Assembly: GCA_007693855.1 (NCBI GenBank)
Contig: RECU01000045.1
Span: 14,536-78,535, forward strand
DNA length: 64,000 nucleotides
Source: Gammaproteobacteria bacterium
GTDB taxonomy: Bacteria; Pseudomonadota; Gammaproteobacteria; Steroidobacterales; PWYM01
Direction of reading: 5' to 3'
Shown here: in pieces, positions 60,730 to 64,000 of the stretch
Layout of the letters: the number at the start of each line of letters is the position of its first letter
Position numbering within the stretch: the stretch's first letter is position 1
Notes under the pieces: model-generated
Told to the model about the DNA's origin: nothing
Seen by the model: only the letters and a program-made list of their open reading frames with translations
Database searches by the model: none
Made by a program: the position numbers and the translations under genes

Positions 60730-61598
60730 ACAGCGTGGCATCACTGCTCGTACCGCTTGATGGCTCTGCGCTTGCCGCCCGCAGTCTTGGCTGTGCTGCA
60801 TGGCTTGCCCGGCGCATGAACGCGCAGCTTCGAGTGCTGCAGGTCGGCCTATCGTCGCCGTTCCCGGACCTCCAGATTCCCGCGGGTATTCGCGAGCACT
60901 GTGCCATACAGCAACGCTCGGGTGATCCTGCGAAAACAATTCTCGACGAAATCGCCCACCATGGTGCGCGCCTGCTGGTGTTGAGCGCACGCGGCGACGG
61001 TCTGGAAACAGATAGCGGCGAGCCCAGGCTCTTGGGGCACGTGAGCCAGAGCGTCGTCGAGCAGAGTCCGGTGCCGGTGCTGGTGCTACCGGAACACTAT
61101 CGTGAGCGCCTGCCCTGGCAGCATCTGCTGGTGCCGGTCAGCGGCGAACCCAGTGCCGAACACGCCCTTGCCGTGGCCGTCGAACTGGCCAACGATCTGG
61201 ATTTGTCCGTCACGGTCGCGCACGTCGTCGATCCGGAACACGGCGAAACGGGCGACGGCAGTCTGGTCGCTGCGGCGCGCTACGCGGACGCGCCGCACCA
61301 TGAGTTGCCGGAGGCCTTCGATGAGATGATCAGCCGAGCCCTGCCACAATTCTCTCAGGAGGACACGCGTTGTATCCGTGGCGTGTCTCTGTGTCATGGC
61401 GACATCGCTGGCGAATTGCTAAAACTCGCGGCAGCACCGGAGACCAGTGCCGTGGCGGTCGGCTGGCATGGCCGTTTTGCGCAAGGACATGCTGAGGTGC
61501 TCAAGCAACTTCTCGACGAACTTGCTTGTCCGCTGCTGCTTGTCAGGCCACGACCACGTATGCCTTTCCGCCTCAAGGTTGGCGCAGAACTGGACTGA
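60726..61598 (+). CDS. Tandem universal stress protein (2 x UspA domain)
   Basis: ATGA overlap with the GH65 fusion gene. Two repeats of the LVPLDGS/LVPVSGE ... VLVL/LLLV pattern. Confidence 0.8.
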   Translation: MNSVASLLVPLDGSALAARSLGCAAWLARRMNAQLRVLQVGLSSPFPDLQIPAGIREHCAIQQRSGDPAKTILDEIAHHGARLLVLSARGDGLETDSGEPRLLGHVSQSVVEQSPVPVLVLPEHYRERLPWQHLLVPVSGEPSAEHALAVAVELANDLDLSVTVAHVVDPEHGETGDGSLVAAARYADAPHHELPEAFDEMISRALPQFSQEDTRCIRGVSLCHGDIAGELLKLAAAPETSAVAVGWHGRFAQGHAEVLKQLLDELACPLLLVRPRPRMPFRLKVGAELD

Positions 61599-61624
61599 GG
61601 AAAATCTCTCGCAAAGGATATGAC

Positions 61625-61804
61625 GTGGACCGCATACCGTCGTCAGATCAGCAACCACCGGTTGTTGAACCTGTCTCGCCTGACGAATTCAGTGCGTTGT
61701 TTCGCCGTGTTCCTGCGATCATTACCGGCCTGCTCATCCGTGACAACTCAGGGCGCCGGCTGGTCTGGTCAGTCATTGATGACCGTACAGGCTCACCGCC
61801 CTGA
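61625..61804 (+). CDS. Possible small protein (59 aa), unknown function
   Basis: GTG start with an AAGGA Shine-Dalgarno 7 nt upstream, in a lower-GC gap. The sequence is protein-like (PDEFSALFRRVPAIITGLLIRDNSGRRLVWSV) but no family is recognised. Confidence 0.25.
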   Translation: MDRIPSSDQQPPVVEPVSPDEFSALFRRVPAIITGLLIRDNSGRRLVWSVIDDRTGSPP

Positions 61805-61832
61805 AAATAGTCTACTGGCGCCCGCCGAGGGT

Positions 61833-62882
61833 CTACGCCTCGGGCAGGAGCACCAGCTTGCCGAGGTGTTCGGCACGACCAAGCTCCTCGAGGGCGTCAG
61901 GCGCATCACTCAATGACCGGGTGCCGGCGATAATCGGGCGGATCGCGTCGGCGTATTCCAGGCCCCAGCCCAGGATACGCTCCAACAGCACCGGTTGCCG
62001 CAGTGGACGATAGATCGTGTAGCCCCGCAGGGCCAGATCCTTGATCATCACCTTGGCGATGGGCAGGGGCGTGTCCTGCCCGGTAATGAGTTCATAACTC
62101 ACAATGCTTGCGCCGACAGCTGCAGAAGCGACCATCGCCGGGTAGAACGCGGCCCCGACCGGATCGAGGGCGGCATCGAAACCCTCACCGTCGGTCGCTG
62201 CGGCGATCCCGGCCGCGAGGCTGTCGCTGTCGCTGGCCACAAAGGCATGATCGGCGAGCCCTGTCAGCGTTGCCATCTTCGTCTCGCTGCGGCTTGTGGC
62301 CAGCGTGGTTGCCCCCCAGGCGCGGGCCAGTTTAAGGGCCACCACGCCCATGCTCGAACTCGCCGCGGTGACAAGCAGCCGTTTGCCCGCCGCCGTGTCG
62401 GGGGTGATGCCGGCAAGTTCCAGCGCGCCGCCCATGGTCAGTACGCCCATCCACAGGGCCGCGCCTTCGACATCGTTGTAGGTGTCGGGAACAGGGAGCA
62501 GTGCGGCCTGGGGGTAACAGCCGATGTCCCGATAAGCGCCGGTGCTGCACAAGTCTATCCGTCCGGGCAGCAGGGCAACCCGTGCACCGACTTCCAGCGG
62601 TGTCTGCGACCATGCTGCGGCATCGTCCTGGCCAGCTGGGCCGAGCGCGACGATCTCACCGACGGCCTCCTGGCCCAGACAGCTGGGAAACTCGCGCGCA
62701 GGCTGGTAGCGGCCCTGCACATAGTTGAATTCGGAGCGGTTCATGCCGATCGCGTGCAGACGCACCAGCGCCTGGCCGGGTCCGGGTGCGGGCAGCGAGT
62801 GCTGGCGCCAGGACAAAACTTCTCGTGGCCGGCCGTAGCCGTCGAACTGCCAGGCGTGGGCTGTGGTCGTCTGCTGGCTCAT
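61833..62882 (-). CDS. Zinc-type alcohol dehydrogenase / quinone oxidoreductase (MDR superfamily)
   Basis: 349 aa. GroES-like N-terminus (HAIGMNRSEF) and a Rossmann region (LVTAASSSMGVVALKLA). Confidence 0.85.
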   Translation of the reverse strand: MSQQTTTAHAWQFDGYGRPREVLSWRQHSLPAPGPGQALVRLHAIGMNRSEFNYVQGRYQPAREFPSCLGQEAVGEIVALGPAGQDDAAAWSQTPLEVGARVALLPGRIDLCSTGAYRDIGCYPQAALLPVPDTYNDVEGAALWMGVLTMGGALELAGITPDTAAGKRLLVTAASSSMGVVALKLARAWGATTLATSRSETKMATLTGLADHAFVASDSDSLAAGIAAATDGEGFDAALDPVGAAFYPAMVASAAVGASIVSYELITGQDTPLPIAKVMIKDLALRGYTIYRPLRQPVLLERILGWGLEYADAIRPIIAGTRSLSDAPDALEELGRAEHLGKLVLLPEA

Positions 62883-63007
62883 CTCGCGGTTCTCCCCGTG
62901 TTGTCGGTCGATCGGCCCCTGCCGATCAGCAGTCAGGGGCGCAGCCTACACCAGCGGGCGTGTCCGGGGTGCTCACTGGGCGGACAGCCGACCATAAGCC
63001 CGGGCAA

Positions 63008-64000
63008 TCAGTAGCTTCGTCCCTGCTGACTGTCCTGGTAGAGCCGGATCAGGAAGTTGCGCAGTGAATCCTCGGCTTCGGTCTGCGTCATGAGCCGCTG
63101 CTGTTCCAGGATGCCTGCCATGTCCTTGAGGCTGCGCCGGCCATCGATCAACTCCAGCATGAACACATGGATCCGGGAGGCCACCGCCTGCTGTCGAAAC
63201 GCCGGCAGCGCCGGCACCGCACCACGACCGGTGACCAGCCAGTCTGGCAGGGCCTTGTGACGGGGGGGCGCAGCGACCTCGTCGCGTTTGCGGGCGCCGA
63301 AGGCGACCACCTGCTCGCGGCGTCCATGCCGGCTCGCGGGCGAGCACATGTAGGGCAACTCCGCCTCGGTGAGCGTCGGTGGGGCGAAGCCCTGCTGTTC
63401 CACCAGTTCAAGCGTCTCTTCCAGCGAGAACGCAAGCCTGGGGTCGGCGAAGTTGAAATTCAGCGAGCCGAAATTCAGCCACTGACCGCCAGGTGCGAGC
63501 AGGCTGTTGATCCGCGCCATCTGCAGCCGTGGATCTTCCGGCAGGATATCGATCACCCACGGCGTGATCACCGTATCGAACGCGCCCGCCGCACAGGGGG
63601 GACGCAGGGCGTCGCCCATGATCGCGTGAAACCCTGGGCGGGTCGGGTGCGGTGCCGCCAGGCTCCGAAGCAGGGCCTGGTCATCATGACACCGAGGTGC
63701 CAGCGGAAACTCGTAGAGGTCTAGCGTCTCACCGCGGACCAGCCGGGCCAGCAGCAGCATGAGCATCGGGTTGAAGTCGAGCGCCAGGGTGATCTCTGGC
63801 GCCAGACCCTGATGCACATCCCAGGCCAGTCGCCCTGCACCTGCACCGATCACAAGGGTTCTGCCCAGGGGCTCGCCGGTGGCGACCCGCTTCAACAGAT
63901 CCAGGCTGGCCGCGTTCTCGGCTTCACCCCATACCCAGTCGCGGTGGATGTTGGCGTAATAGCCCACCAACGAGGCGTCCGGAGGCAGGCGAGTGCGCAG
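63008..64000 (-). CDS. N2227-like SAM-dependent methyltransferase with PqqD/RRE-like C-terminal domain (5' end probably outside window)
   Basis: VIGAGAGRLAWD SAM motif. DTVITPWVIDILPED...LLAPGGQWLNFGSLNF resembles N2227/carnosine-N-methyltransferase-like proteins. The C-terminus VFMLELIDGRRSLKDMAGILEQQ...AEDSLRNFLIRLY looks PqqD-like. The frame stays open to base 64000. Confidence 0.6.
   Translation of the reverse strand: MRTRLPPDASLVGYYANIHRDWVWGEAENAASLDLLKRVATGEPLGRTLVIGAGAGRLAWDVHQGLAPEITLALDFNPMLMLLLARLVRGETLDLYEFPLAPRCHDDQALLRSLAAPHPTRPGFHAIMGDALRPPCAAGAFDTVITPWVIDILPEDPRLQMARINSLLAPGGQWLNFGSLNFNFADPRLAFSLEETLELVEQQGFAPPTLTEAELPYMCSPASRHGRREQVVAFGARKRDEVAAPPRHKALPDWLVTGRGAVPALPAFRQQAVASRIHVFMLELIDGRRSLKDMAGILEQQRLMTQTEAEDSLRNFLIRLYQDSQQGRSY

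Overview
This is a GC-rich, densely packed chromosomal window, read by eye with no searches run. I interpret it as a gammaproteobacterium, possibly a halophilic or sulfur-oxidising Ectothiorhodospiraceae-like lineage, because it carries HiPIP, a Tat-exported sulfide-dehydrogenase-like flavoprotein and a periplasmic rhodanese; this assignment is inference only. About 64 protein genes are supported, plus tRNA-Ser(GGA) and the SRP RNA (ffs) directly upstream of dnaX-ybaB-recR.

Most content is core housekeeping: dapA, dnaX, recR, rsgA, orn, ppsA/ppsR, prc, dps, folE, hsp20, an acyl-CoA dehydrogenase and an MdtABC-like tandem RND pump. I saw no CRISPR array, IS element, integrase or prophage.

The stretches most worth a second look are:
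- A translationally coupled ggt / Amidoligase_2 / C26-amidotransferase operon (4702-8170).
- A ZraPSR-like module: sensor kinase, sigma-54 regulator, enhancer palindrome, near-consensus -24/-12 promoter and a periplasmic DUF4168 protein (17965-21436).
- An FHA coiled-coil protein paired with a Ycf46-like AAA+ ATPase (42811-45532).
- A Tat-signal protein with a degenerate carbon-nitrogen-hydrolase-like fold, coupled to an AI-2E transporter.
- A histidine-depleted ZrgA/DUF2796-like protein coupled to folE.
- A 100-codon ORF in frame behind the dps TGA stop.
- A 93-aa BamC-like lipoprotein coupled to dapA.
- An N2227-like methyltransferase with a PqqD/RRE-like tail at the right window edge.

Many long ORFs in the supplied track are antisense shadows typical of GC-rich DNA and were rejected.
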